From positions 48,422,001 to 48,486,000 of the forward strand of contig NC_043006.1 of NCBI RefSeq assembly GCF_006345805.1: a stretch of 64,000 bases of DNA, written 5' to 3'. The notes below the pieces were generated by a model. That model was not told where the DNA came from. It worked only from the letters and a program-made list of their open reading frames with translations, and did no database searches. Below, one piece after another: positions 38,429-55,994 of the stretch (position 1 is the stretch's first letter; each line of letters begins with the position of its first letter). The position numbers and the translations under genes were made by a program. The stretch is from Octopus sinensis. Lineage: Eukaryota.

Positions 38429-38600
38429 ATATATAACATAAATTCTATAATTATAAGCATAATTATAATTAGGGTTCAGGAAATTGCTTCACCACATGCC
38501 GAAATTTAAAAATAGCATTTAAATACTATTCCTCCACCATAGGATATCTCCCAGACAAGGTTACCGATAATGGTTCTTTTAACATACCGAACTATTATTA
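38085..38600 (+). mobile_element. Probable PLE terminal fragments in (TA)n
   Basis: CGAAACGTAGAG and CCGATAATGGT..ACCGAACT motifs, T-rich tail, (TA)n flanks; weak. Confidence 0.3.
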
Positions 38601-39959
38601 TTATTAATTAATTAACTAATTTTACCCTTTATTATTATTATTATATTATTTTATTATTATTATTATTATTATTATTAGTATATTATTATTAATATATATA
38701 TATAATATATATATATTATTAATATATATATATATATAATATTAATATTAAATATAATATATACACGTGTATGCATGTATTTATGCACAGAATGAGAGAT
38801 ACATACCTGCATGCATTCGTGCGTTCATACATATATAAAAAGAGATAGACAAAAAGAAACACAGACAATACAACGTTGGCGGGATTTGACACCAGTAAAC
38901 CCGCGTTGCGCTGCTGTTCGCTACCAAAATAATGATATGGGAAAGAAAAAGCTAACGACTTCGGTTATTCCGATGTGTGTTAGAAAGATAAGAAAACTGT
39001 CATGTATTGAAAAAAAAAAAAAAAAAACGAAATCTCTAAATCACACAAGAGAGAAAACACAAGTGAATAAAACTAAACAGGACTATAAAAACTCGCACAG
39101 GGAAAAAAGAAAAGTTGAGCTATATTCTGTGCGGTAATTAGAACGTGACATGTCCCGTCCCTAAACAATACGCCTTTTTCCAACTGTTCCGCTAAATCTT
39201 TCATCTTTCACAGATGAAAAAAATCAAGGGAACATAAATTAACACCTTGACTCCACCCTGATCGAATACTTTGCCAGCCCCCTTCAGCATAAAGGAAAAG
39301 GGGAAAAAACGGCCCAGCAGTTTCTTCCTAATAAAGACGCTATGTGTGTGTAGTATGTCAATGTGTTATGGGTGGGTAGTAACGTGTGGGTTTTTATCTC
39401 GGATGTCATACGAACACAGATGGTGCTAATACTTTTACGGAATTAAGACAGTAAAGTGTGACATCAGTTCCGCCTCTGTTTTTTTCTTTACCAAAAAAGA
39501 GGGGTTTTACTTATTTATTTATTTATGCCATCAGATTGCAGCACCTTTGTCGCCTCTTGAAGGTATTCAGTTTCTCTTACCCAGTCGCTCTCTGTCAGCA
39601 GTCTGATAACATTTTTCTCCTATCACCACTACCACACATCGCCATTTCTATTTTTATGGCTCGGCTTGATTTGGTTCAGAGGAAGGGCTTTTGGCAGGTC
39701 CATCAAGTGGTCGCTAGATCTGCGCGAAATAGCAGCAAAATCTTTTTTTCATCACGAAATCAAACTACGCGTGTTTAAAAAAAGGTCGAATAGTCCAGTA
39801 TACTCCGGCGTGCAACTGCTTGAAAAAATACTTGAAAAAATGGGGGAAATACTTCCTTTCATTCTTACTCTTTTTTTACTTGATTTAGTCATTGGACGAC
39901 AGCCATGTTGTGGCATTTGCGTGAAGTGTTTAAGTTGGTCATATAAACATAAATATAAA

Positions 39960-40216
39960 CATTTGACTGCAGCCATGCTGGAGCACCGCCTTTAGTCGAG
40001 CAAATCAACCCCAGGGCTTATTCTTTGTAAGCCTAGTACTTATTCCATCGGTCTCTTTTGCCGAACCGCTAAGTTACAGGGACGTAAACATCAGCATCGG
40101 TTGTCAAGCGATGTTGGGGTATATCAGCCGAGACGTTATGTTAACAACAAACAAGATGAGGACAAATGTAAATAACGTAAATAATGTACATAATTCCTCA
40201 TCTCTTAAATATAGAA
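39960..40216. mobile_element. SINE family A 3' half (-) fused to a family H tail (+, 40117-40216)
   Basis: The junction GATGTTGGGG|TATATCAGCCGAGACGTTATGTTAAC lies inside the hammerhead stem II loop. Confidence 0.8.
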
Positions 40217-40279
40217 TTATATTCCCCTTCTCAGATTCACTAATGTATTGCAGCGGTCCTTTTTATAGATAGATATTAC

Positions 40280-40371
<92 letters not shown>

Positions 40372-40638
40372 GGAAAGTTTCTTCTACTATAGCTTCGAGT
40401 CAACCAAAATCTTGTGAATGGATTTGGGAGACGGAAACTGAAAGAAGCCCATCGTATACCAGCACTCACCAATACTTTCAATTCATGTGTCTGCTTTATT
40501 TAAAATAAAACACCTATACACATACATTTGATTACAGGAACATATACACGCGATTCTAGAGAATACAGCTTGGATTTTAACCCCTTCTGCACACTATGTA
40601 CGTGCCAATATCTGAAACCGATGTTAGTAACGTCAATA

Positions 40639-40852
40639 GGCGAACAGCTGGCACAATCGTTAGCACGCCGGGCTTAAAGTGCTCAGCGGCATTTTATCAG
40701 TCGTTATGTTCTGAGTTCAAATTTCTCCGAGTTCGACTTGGCCTTTTATTCTTTCGCGGTCGATAAAATAAGTTCAATTTGAGCACAGGGGTCGATGTAA
40801 TCGTGCTACTCCTTCCCTGAACTTGTTGATCCTGTACTAAAACCTGAAACCA
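40639..40852 (+). mobile_element. SINE family B
   Basis: GCTGGCACAATCGTTAGCACGCCGGG..GAGTTCAAATTTC. Confidence 0.8.
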
Positions 40853-41267
40853 ATATTATCAGTTGTAGTTATGAGTTAGTTTGTACTAAAATATCCAATT
40901 ACATATTCGCCTGTACATCTCTTAATTTCACCAAATTCTTAATAAATCGATGAATGGTACCACTAGCATCTAAGCCATCTCTAAGCTTTTAGGAGAGCTT
41001 TAATTAGAATTTCTAACTTTAGCATCAGGCCACAAATTTCTAGGTGAATGTGTAAAATCGATTAAATCAATACTAGTATAAGAACGTTGCATTTTTGGGA
41101 GATGGGGCGTGGGGTTCTACCGCAGTGTGGTCTCAGAGATGAAAGGTAAATTCAAACCCCGGTGGGAACTTAAACACCGAGTCCATAACAATGTATGTAA
41201 ATTCTGCAAGCAGCGTATTTCGACTTCCACTCCATGATATGTAATATAGTTTTTAATAGTGGGCCTC

Positions 41268-41515
41268 TGTGAAGGCTCATGGCTCAGTAGTTAGAGCGTC
41301 GAGCTTACGATCACGAGGCTGTGAGTTCGAATCCTGGACCGGGCAGCGTGTTGTGTTCTTGAGCAAAACACTTCATTTCACGTTGCTCCAGTCCACGCAG
41401 CTGGCAAAAATGAGTAGCGCTGCGATGGACTGGCGTCCCGTCCAGCTGGGGAACACATACGCCATAGAAACCGAGAAACCGGACCCATGCGCCTGGCTAG
41501 GCTTTAAAAGGTCGC

Positions 41516-41516
<1 letters not shown>
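41268..41516 (+). mobile_element. SINE family C (CORE-like) with V-domain-like tail
   Basis: Head as at 3730; tail GCGATGGACTGGCGTCCCGTCCAG..GAAACCG. Confidence 0.85.
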
Positions 41517-41563
<47 letters not shown>

Positions 41564-41573
41564 CATATACATC

Positions 41574-41859
41574 ATCGTGACCAACCAGGCTATCAGATGT
41601 TGCTACTCATCGCTGGTCACAATGTGCTTCACATTGTTTTAGCCTTCAAATGACGCCACCCCGCTGGCTAAGCAAGCAGGCCAACAGAAGAAAGAGTGAG
41701 AGAAAGTTGTGGCGAAAGAGTACAGCAGGATCGCCAACACTCCCTGCTGGAGCCTAGTGGAGCTTTAGGTGTTTTCGCTCAATAAACACTCACAACGCCC
41801 GCTCTGGGAATCGAAACCGTGAGTCCGCTGCCCTAACCACTGGGCCATTGCGCCTCCAC
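41574..41859 (-). mobile_element. SINE family D, tail type 2
   Basis: Minus head GTGGAGGCGCAATGGCCCAGTGGTTAGG..TTCGATTCCC; the tail also occurs at 45657-45774. Confidence 0.85.
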
Positions 41860-41860
41860 T

Positions 41861-41928
<68 letters not shown>

Positions 41929-42042
41929 TGTGTATGTGTATATATATATATATATGTATATATATGTATGTGTGTATATATATATATATATGTATGTATA
42001 TACGTATGTGTATGTATGTATGTATGTGTATGTATGTATGTA

Positions 42043-42265
42043 CAGGGTAGGCCAAAAGTCACTCGACAGTAAATCAAAATTCCATAAATAGTTAATATTC
42101 AATTGTATTTATTCATTTGGCAAAATGGTGTTGCACAAGAACGGCTTCAGTTTGAACAATTTTCATGATGTTTCATATTTAGATGCTTTTAATAAATTCA
42201 TTCGGTGGTTAAACATAAATAAACCTTGACAATTAAATGGTTTTGATTTACTGACAGGTGACTTT
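42043..42265. mobile_element. Tc1/mariner-derived MITE (second copy)
   Basis: TA|CAGGGTAGGCCAAAAGTCACTCGACAGTAAATCAAAA ... TTTTGATTTACTGACAGGTGACTTT. Confidence 0.75.
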
Positions 42266-42281
42266 ATATATATATATATAT

Positions 42282-45630
<3,349 letters not shown>

Positions 45631-45631
45631 C

Positions 45632-45662
<31 letters not shown>

Positions 45663-45794
45663 ATCACGTGACCGACCAGACCATCAGATGTTGTTACATA
45701 TCGCTGGTCACATTGCGTTCGCATTGTTTTAGCCTTCGAATGACGCCACCCCGCTGGCTAAGCGAGCAGGCCAATATATATATACATACGTACT

Positions 45795-46425
45795 AATTAG
45801 CAAATTTGTCTGCTTCCTGTACAGCACCCAATCTTGTGATCTATAGAGGAGGGTGATGATGACAACAGCCTTATTAACTTTGGTCGTGGTGGACAGCTCA
45901 GTGCGCGGTTCTGTCATACACGCTTCTGCAGAGGTCTAAATGAGGTGTTGGTCTCGGTAACACCAACAACGATGCGCTCCAGCATTGACGCTATGCTGCT
46001 GGTGAGACTACTTAGGTGTTCAAATGATGTCTCATTGACGAACATATCCCAAATACTGAAAACCGTATTCTACAAGGAGCTCGGCAGGTGCAAAAGCTGC
46101 AGAGGGAGCCTCCAGGAAGTTAGAATACAAGCTCACAGAGGGAGGAAGAGACCCCAGAACATCGGGGGAGATTCATTACTCAGAGACGTTTCAAGACATT
46201 GAATTCAGATCACTCTCTGCAGCTTTAAGGTCAAATCAGCTGCAGCTGATGAGAAATGCCGAAGAAGAAACACACAGTTAGGACCTTTACCTTACTAAAT
46301 ATTCTGATGGGTTTCGGCCAAAAATTGGTCCAAAGTGCGCCAGTTCCTATCGTTCAGAGAATGGTTTACATGGCCATCCAAGGCTTGCCGCTCTTCCTCA
46401 TAATCTTAAGATACGAAGAACTGCC

Positions 46426-46428
<3 letters not shown>
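45795..46428. mobile_element. RTE (BovB-like) LINE 3' fragment with 5' inversion
   Basis: Minus 45795-45945: TTTKVNKAVVIITLLYRSQDWVLYRKQ. Plus 45945-46428: SIDAMLLVRLLR..KTVFYKEL, then a terminal SENGLHGH resembling SRIGLHSH. Confidence 0.7.
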
Positions 46429-46470
<42 letters not shown>

Positions 46471-46524
46471 TTACAGATATAGGGAAATAATTATTAATTT
46501 AATAATTAATAAATTTTACCAAAT

Positions 46525-46580
46525 ATTATGCCGATGAAGGAATTAATTTGTTAATTCTAATCCCGAAGCGCGTATATAAT
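46525..46580 (+). ncRNA. Degenerate hammerhead motif in a short PLE-like terminal fragment (about 46470-46715)
   Basis: attatg-CCGATGA-AGGA..TCCC-GAAG-CGCG-TA-tataat: 6-bp stem I, palindromic CGCG, U4>C and A15.1>G. Confidence 0.5.
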
Positions 46581-46780
46581 TAATCGTAGACAGTTTGATT
46601 TCGTTATTTTTTCTTCTTTTTGCTATGTGAGTTATATTTGGAGTTAAAATAATTAGCTGTCTTTCGGTTGTGTGGTGAAGCAATTGTTGCTAAACCCTTA
46701 TTATATTTATAATTATATATATATATATATATATAATATATATATATATATTTATTTATTTATTATATATATATAAATAG

Positions 46781-46858
<78 letters not shown>

Positions 46859-47801
46859 TAAATAAATAAAATGAGTGAACTCGGAGGCAAGAAAATCTTC
46901 CGCTGCGGAGATGGTTCCTGAAGAAAATTCGCTAATTCATCGAGTGTGAAACGCAAGGTGGACATCAATGCACCGAATGACGTATGAGTTCCAATGTCGT
47001 TTCACTTCGTCCGCTTACAAACACTAAATCGCTCGACTGAAGATCTGCACAAATCTCGCTATTTTCGAGTGATATTCTATTCAAAGATATTGCACGCTGT
47101 TACAGTATCTAGAATTTTTCAGATAATCGAGGTCTGCATTTATGTGATCCGTTCTTGTACGGAGTAGGTCATTCAAATACATTCATATTCATAGTTGGAC
47201 GTTGCATTCTTGTTTCCTAGACTGTCAGATATATCCGAACAGATAAGTAGAAATTTCACTGTTCCTAGTTCTAAACTAGTTCATACGATGATTGTAACTT
47301 GATTTGAACTTATCTATGAGTCCCGTGTTGTTCTAGTTCCTTTGGATGCCATCAGATAGTTTATAATAATGAAGTATACAGAACGTACAGAGTTCCTTTT
47401 ATTTGTGTATACTTATATGTGTATGTGTATGAGTTTACGAGAGAGGAGAGGATTGTGTGTAAGCGTAAGCATACCAGAGAAGACGGTAAAAGTGCGTATA
47501 TTCACGCATCCAGTGACTTACTGAAATACAGCACCACATCAAGCATCATTTAATCTTAACGTTATTTAAAATAGACACAAGGTTTGAAATTTTTTTTAAA
47601 TCGATAGAATATAGTCAATTATCTCAAAACCAATATTTTGCAATTACTTACTTTATCGATCTCGGAGGACGGCAGAGAAATGTAATCTACAACTGTCGGA
47701 TTTCAACACCCAGCATAAAGAAGCGTAGCTAAATATTGCACGTGTAATGCGTTACTAAATTTGCCACTCTACTTACTATCATCTGCTTAATTATAATATC
47801 C

Positions 47802-47850
<49 letters not shown>

Positions 47851-48161
47851 GGGGAGAGAGAGTGTTTGTACTTGTAGGTTTGTTCGTGTTTCCCTGTGTG
47901 TGTGTATGTGAGGTTAGAGGAACTGATAAAATTGATGTTCTACTAATAAAGATGATGAAAGGATATAAGACAAGTTGTGAAAGAAACGCGATCAGATATA
48001 ATTGGCTGAGAACTAGATCGATAAAGTGTAGTCAAGAATGGATTTCGGTATTCATCTGAGAAACTCCCGAATAAAATGGCAGTCAATTTATCCACTAATT
48101 AATGTTACCGCTCTCTCTTCCTCTCATCCTCCCTCTCACTCCCTCTCTCTCTTTCCCATGA

Positions 48162-48197
<36 letters not shown>

Positions 48198-48292
48198 TAT
48201 ATATTACATAGTGCTCTCTCTTTCTCTCTCCTCACTTTCTCTATTTTCACGCAGATACATACATACATACATACATACATACATACATACAT

Positions 48293-48355
<63 letters not shown>

Positions 48356-48798
48356 CAGACCCATGACTGGCACAATGATAGAGTGAGAGACAGAGCGAGA
48401 CAAAGTGAGAAAGAGAGAGAGAAGCAGGGAGAGAAGTGCCTCAGAAAAAGTATGCCAACATTTGAACAAGAAAGGTGGGTTCGCTGGGAAACCGTCAGAA
48501 ATCGTAACGCTGAGACCACCTGAACGAAAACTTGAAAGAAAAGAAATCTGTTGCGCTAAATAAAGTGTCTCACAAACATTACTACAGAAAAATTAAAGGC
48601 AGCGCAGTCAGGATTATAGAAAGAAATTAATCATCACCATCATCATCATCATCACATCATCGTCGTCGTCATTGTCATCATCATTACAATCCCAAAATAG
48701 GTGGCGCTACAACAGCTGTGCCGAGCGTCTCATATCTTTCTATGTTATGATCCAACAGTTAAATTGCACGGAATGGATTGCATTAGATTTGGGTCGAT

Positions 48799-49046
48799 CT
48801 CTTTACTCTTTTACTTGTTTCAGTCATTTGAATGCGGCCATGCTGGAGCACCACCTTTTAGTTGAGCAAATCGACCCCAGGACTTATTCTTTGTAAGCCT
48901 AGTACTTATTCTATCGGTCTGTTCCCTCCGCCACCCTAAGTTACTGGGACGTAAACACACCAGCATCGGTTGTCAAGCGATGTTGGGGGGACAAACACAA
49001 ACCACAAACAAACAAACACACACACACACACACACACACACCCACA

Positions 49047-49085
<39 letters not shown>

Positions 49086-49287
49086 ATATATATATATATT
49101 ATATATATTATATATATAACGACGGCTTCTTCTTCAGTTTCCATCTACCAAATCCAATCACAAGGCTTTGGTCGACCCGAGACTATAGTAAACACACACT
49201 TGTCCAAGGTGCCCACGCAGTGGGACTGAACCCGGAACCATGTGGTTGGTAAGCAAGCTACTTACTACACAGCCACTCCTGCGCCTA
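48799..49287 (-). mobile_element. SINE family A, full length
   Basis: Reverse complement of consensus. Confidence 0.9.
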
Positions 49288-50534
49288 TATTACTCTCAAT
49301 TATTTTTAAAAATCTCACTCTGCAATTAACTCAAATAACAAACTCCTAAATTCCGACGATTAGACAGACACAATCTAAGCAATCTAAGTATTTAAGTACC
49401 ATGTTAGTCTTTTCATCTTGTTCCATTCTTTGTTTACTGTCACATAGTCCTATCGTAAAAGAAAATCTGAGGAAACTTTAGTCGCTGGCTTTTCTTCTAC
49501 TGAAGCCTCGGGCCGACCAAAGCCTTGTGAGTGGATTTGATAGACGGAAACTGAAAGAAACTCGTCGTATATAAATATATATAGTTCATCGCAAAGTGAG
49601 TCACCTATCAAAACTCCTTTCCGGCTGACTGGCCTGATTCGACAGGAAAAGTGCATGGCTCAAAGATACGATATGCCACCCAATCCAGGTAGCGAAATCC
49701 TAATATAACAATCAGGAGCCTTACATTCTAACCACTAGGCCATGCGCATTCATATAGACTTAACAGGACTTCAAAATGTTTCCTTTTACACTATGTACGT
49801 CCGAAATATATCAATAGATTTTTGTGTTGTGATGAGTTTTACCATTTTGTGCTGAATTTTGCTTCTTTTTTTCACAGTATCAGAGTATGTAATGCAATTC
49901 CAATTGATTGAGGTTACAATATTCTGTTTCAAACATTGGATTCTGGGCAAAGGAATTATTGTACACAGCGCCCAGCGTTATATATATATATCTGGGTGGG
50001 GGGGCAGCATGTGTATGAGTGTGTGTATGCATGTACGTATGTATATTTTAATGCGTTGCGATTTTTATTTCTCAACTTTCCACGTTTTTGATTACAAATT
50101 GTATTTATGTTCCAAATGCGTGTTTACAAGGATAGCAAGTTAGATAAATAGATAAATAGAGGGGAGAGAGAGAGAGAGAGAGAGATACATATATTATGGA
50201 GTCCACTGCTTACGTTACCATAGAAATTGCAAACAAAATGGCAATGTGCCTATAAGACGTGCATGTGCATGTTTGTATTTGTGTGTGTGTATATACAAAT
50301 ATATATATATATACATATATATGTATGTGTGTATATGTGTGTGTGTGTGTATTTATGGTATATTTACCTGCCTATAGCTCAATTCGGTATCTGTATCGTG
50401 AGATATAGGGCGATGGTCTTTTAATTCAACGTGTTATCTACTATAGTTTTTTTTCCATCGATTTATATATTCTCTGAAATATATCAGTGTGGAGGTGTAT
50501 GTTTATATATAAATATATATGTGCATGTGTGTGT

Positions 50535-50590
<56 letters not shown>

Positions 50591-50925
50591 TGTGTCTGTG
50601 AGTGTGTTAGTCTCTGTGTGTGGGAGAATGTATCTCCTTGATAATGTCTTCTGTTAGCACACACATATGCTGACATACATTAAACTATAGATGGAATTGC
50701 TTCTACATGTGCATCAATAAATCTAGCTCCCTATTTATCTCTATATATATATCTTTCCTTTCTCTCTCCGTCTCTCTTTCACTCTCTCTCTCTCTCTCTC
50801 GCTCTTTTCTCTTTCATTTTTGCCAATCTAAACCAGTTATAGATTATTCTGGCAATAAATATATCTACCTGTGTGCATCAGTTAATCTATCTATGGTAAT
50901 ATCAAAGGATAAATGTATGCGCGCG

Positions 50926-50959
<34 letters not shown>

Positions 50960-51074
50960 ATATAATAAACTTACTCGGAAATGTATACATACATAAAAAT
51001 AAGCGCATAAATATATGTATATATATACATATATATATTATATATATATATATATATATAAATATTATATATAT

Positions 51075-51140
<66 letters not shown>

Positions 51141-51286
51141 CATATACGGTACGTGTGAGAAAGAAAGAGAAAGAGAAAGAGAATGTATATATACTATACA
51201 TACATACATATATATATAAATTCATATATGGCGAGACTGAGGCATGGTGCGATAGTGTGTGCGAATGATATATATACATACATACA

Positions 51287-51322
<36 letters not shown>

Positions 51323-51899
51323 TATGTATATATATATATATATGTGTGTGTGTGGTGTAAGTGTGTGTGTGTATCTATGTATATGTATATATGTGCACAT
51401 ATATATAAGTATACATATATACATATATATACATACATGTGTGTTTAGGTGTGTATCGCGTAGGGAGAATAACACCGTTGTATTTACAGGCTTCTATGAA
51501 AGAAACATAAATATTCGCCTAATAATCTTTCTCTTGATCCCAACAGCGGAAACATTCTCGAACAGTCCGTGGATCATTAAAATGGCACGCTCCAGTGCTT
51601 TCGGATTACGCTCTGGAAGATCTGTTCAAGCTATGAGGTCATATGAAGAAGAATAATTAACAAAAATAGAAATAGAATAAAATAAAATAAAAATATCGAT
51701 AGGTGGTGGGAAATTCCGAAGCTAGTTTCCTGAAATAAATATTGCGAAGAAGACAAAAAGCAGCTTTTAATATTATAACTAATGGAATAATGACGTTGTT
51801 AAATGCTCCACCGTAAATTTAATAAGAAAATAAATTTAATAAGGAATTTTAAATAATTTTTGAAAAATTGTTCCCTTGTAAATTTAATAATAAATGTTT

Positions 51900-53714
51900 G
51901 CAGTCACCATCACCACCACCACCACGACAACTACGACATAACCACTACCACCACCACTGCCTACACCTCCATCAACATCACCACCGCCAACGCCACAACC
52001 GCTACGATTACCGTCACCACCACCGAATCACTACAACCACCATCATACCAGCACCACCAAACCCAACACCATCACCGTCACTACTAACCCTATTACTGCC
52101 ACCACTCTCACTACCACCACCGCAGCCACCAGCACCGACGCCACCACAACGCCGCACCTTAACGCTACCTCCACCGCTACAGCCACCATCGTCCGCACCA
52201 CACCTTTTCATCACCACCACCACCGCTGCCACCTCATACCACCACCACCACCACCACCACCGCCACCAACGCGGTCACTACCAACACCGCACCACAACAC
52301 TATCTCCACTGCTGCAACCACTATCATCCCCACAAGCCACGCCACTACGATCAACGCCACCAATACCACTTCCACCGCCACCCGCATCATTACCATCTCC
52401 CGCAACTCCCCTCGCCATTCTCCCACCACCTCCACCACCACCACAAACACCGATATTCTCACCCACACCCCCACCACCACAAACATCGCCGTTCTCACCC
52501 CCTCCCCACCCCATCACAACTACCACCACTGCTTCAACCACCGCCAACCACCACCAACACCAACACCAACACTGCAACCACTACCACCACCAGTACCGCC
52601 ACTACCACCTCCTCCTCCCCCTCCCCTCCACAACCACCAACACCAACACTGCAACCACTACCACCACCAGTACCGCCACTACCACCTCCACCTCCACCTC
52701 CACCACCACCACCTCCACCATTACGATTCCTGCCAGTTTCCTTTCTTATTCCCTTTCAAACGCAACCAATGTCAACAGCTTACTTATTTCCACTTGGTCA
52801 TTATCCTTATTACTATTCTTGGAAGCATCTTCTTGTTCTTGTTGCTGTTCTCTCCACTGTTGCAGCTTCTGCTACTGCTGCTACTACTGCTGCTGCTGCT
52901 GCTGTTGTTGTTGTTGTTGTTGCTGTTGCTGCTGCTGCTGCTGTTTTTCCTCATCGTCGTTGCATTGTATTTATTGACTTGTAGATGAAATTTTGACATA
53001 ATCCAGGTGGCACTCCCGTCATTCAATAAACATTACAGGTGGTAGTGGTGGTGGTGGTGGGGTGGTGGTGGTGGTGGTGTGGTGGTGGTGGTGGTGGTGG
53101 TGGTGGTGGTGTTGGTGGGTGTTGGTGGTTGTTTGGTGTTGGTGGTGGTATGTGGTGGCGGTGGTGGTGGTGGCGGCGGTGGTGGTGGTGGTGGTGGTGG
53201 GTGGTGGGTGGTGTGTGTGGGTGGGGGGTGGTGTGGTGTTGGTGGTGGTGGTGGTGTTGGTGGTGGTATGTGGTGGCGGTGGTGGTGGTGGCGGCAGTGG
53301 TGGTGGTGGCGGCGGCGGCGCGGCGGAGGTGGCGGTCGTGGTGGCGGCGGTCGTGGTGGTGGTGGTGGTGGTGGTGGTGGTGGTGGTGGCGATGGTTGCA
53401 GTGGCGTTATTAGTGATATATGATGAGGAGAAAGATCACGGGGATTATGATGATGCGGAGGAGGAGGAAGATGAGACAGAAGGAAAATAAAGGAAATTAT
53501 GACAATGACGAGGAGAACAGCGGCGGCGAAGGCGATGGCGACGACGAGAAAGAAGACAGTGGCGGCGGCGGCGGTGGCGATGACTATGGCAACGATGACA
53601 ACGATGACGATGGTGGCGTCGTCGACGGCAACGGAGGTGCAACAGTGATGCCGACTCCTGCAGTGACAATGGCAATGGCAATGGTGAGGGCTACTCCAGT
53701 GGCTGCGACGACGT

Positions 53715-53771
<57 letters not shown>

Positions 53772-54322
53772 CGACGATGATGATGATAAGATGATGTTGA
53801 TGATGATGAGAAGACGACGACGATGATGAGGATGATCATGATGATGATCATGATGATGATGAATGTGATGATGATGAATGTGATGATGATGAGATGACAA
53901 CGACGATAAAGACGATGACGACAATGATGATGATGATTGATGATGATGAGTGATGATTGATGATGATGATGATGACGATGATAATGATGATGAAGACGAC
54001 GATGATGATGATGACAACGACAAAGACGACGACGATGATGTTGATGATGATGATGATGATGATGATGATGACGACGATGATGATGATAAGATGATGACGA
54101 TGATGAGAAGACGACGACGAGGATAACGACGACGATGATGATGATGAGGATGATCATGATGATGAATGTGATGATGATGAGATGACAACGACGATAAAGA
54201 CGATGACGACAATGATGAGGATGAGTGATGATTGATGATGATGATGATAACGATGATAATGATGATGAAGACGACGATGATGATGATGATGATGAGAACG
54301 ACGAAGACGACGACGATGATGT

Positions 54323-54366
<44 letters not shown>

Positions 54367-54540
54367 GATGATTGATGATGATGAGATGACAATAACGATG
54401 AAGACGACGATAACGACGACGAAGACGACGACGATGATGATGATAATGATAACAACGACGATGATGATGATGATGATGGTGATGACAAAGACAACGACAA
54501 CTGAAACGAAAAACAAAAAAACGAAACAAAAACAACAAAA
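51900..54540. repeat. Large cryptic trinucleotide region: (CAC)n, (TGC/TGT)n, (GGT)n, (GAT/GAC)n
   Basis: Read directly; source of the 369-aa and 510-aa low-complexity ORFs. Confidence 0.9.
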
Positions 54541-54849
54541 AAACAACTACTATGGGTGACAACAACGACGTTGATAATGTTGTTAGTCGAAGACTTGGTT
54601 GATTTAATGCATTTCACATATATTATCTCAATTAAGTGACATGTCCTTCCTAATTAACGCCAAAGAACCCACATTTAGTTTGTTTTTCTTTCTCTCTTCG
54701 TCCTTCTTATTCTTCTTCTACTCTTCTTTCTACTCTAATATATATTTCTTCTCTTCTTCTTCTCTCGTTTTTTTTAAATTTTTAAATAATCTTTCTTGTC
54801 CTTTCATTTCACTTTTCTGAATTATTTATACTCATTTTTCTCCTCTCTA

Positions 54850-54857
54850 AGTCACTA

Positions 54858-54888
<31 letters not shown>

Positions 54889-55322
54889 ATTCACTCACTC
54901 ACTTTCTCTCTCTCTTACTCACTCTCTTTCTCTCTCTCTCTTCCTCTCTCTCTCTCTTCTCTCTCTCTCTTCTCTCTCTCTCACTCTCTCTCTTTCTCTC
55001 TTTCTCTCTCTCAGTCACTCGCTCACTCTCTCTCACTTCCCTCACTCACTCTCTTTCTCTCCCTCACTCTATCTCTTTCTTTCTGTCTCTGTCTCTCTCT
55101 CGCTTTCTTTCTCTCTCTCTTTCTCTCTCTCACACTATCTCTCTTTCTTTCTCTCTCTGTCTCTGTCTCACTCTCTTTCTCTCTCTCTCTTTTCACTCGC
55201 TCTCTCTTTCTCTCTCTCACACTCTCTCTCTTTCTCTCTTTCTCTCTCTCTCTCTCTCTGTCTTTTTCTCCCTCTCTCACTTTGTCTCTCTCCCTCTCTC
55301 TCCTTTTCTCTCTCTCACTTTT

Positions 55323-55354
<32 letters not shown>

Positions 55355-55355
55355 G
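54850..55355. repeat. Polypyrimidine (CT)n-rich tract of about 500 bp
   Basis: Read directly. Confidence 0.95.
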
Positions 55356-55384
55356 CACTTTCTCGTTCTGTATTTTCTTTTATT

Positions 55385-55757
55385 TTCCTTTTATTTGTTT
55401 CAGTCATTTGACCGCGGCCATGCTGAAGCACCGCCTTTAGTCGAACAAAATCGACCCCGGGATTTATTCTTTGTAAGCTTACTACTTTATCTTATCGGTC
55501 TCTTTTGCCGAACTGCTAAGTTACGGGGACGTAAACACACCAACATCGTTTGTCAAGTGATGGTGGGGGACAAACACAGACACAAATATATACGTACATA
55601 TATATATACAACGAGCTTCTTTCAGTTTCCGTCTACCAGATCGACTCACAAGGCCTTTATCGGCCCGAGACTATAGTAGAAGACACTTGCCTAAGTTGCC
55701 ACGCAGTGGGACTGAACTCGGAACCATGTGGTTTGGAGGGAAGCTTCGTACCACGCA
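55385..55757 (-). mobile_element. SINE family A
   Basis: Reverse complement of consensus. Confidence 0.88.
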
Positions 55758-55954
55758 ACCTCTCCAATCTTATTAACAATATATTTACTTATTCATATAT
55801 CAAGCTTTCTACCTACCTAACTGTCAATCTCTATATCTATGAACGCGTGTGTGTATGTGTGTGTGTGAGTGAGTGTGTTTGTGTGCTTGTGCGTGTGAGA
55901 GTTTACGTGAATGTGTGTGTGTGTTTGTGTGTGTTTATGCGTGTGTGTGTGTGT

Positions 55955-55994
<40 letters not shown>

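Noticed and set aside
53033-54565. 510-aa ORF and overlapping 369-, 308- and 124-aa ORFs
   Set aside because: They come from trinucleotide repeats that lack stop codons, are open in several frames and on both strands, and show no domain
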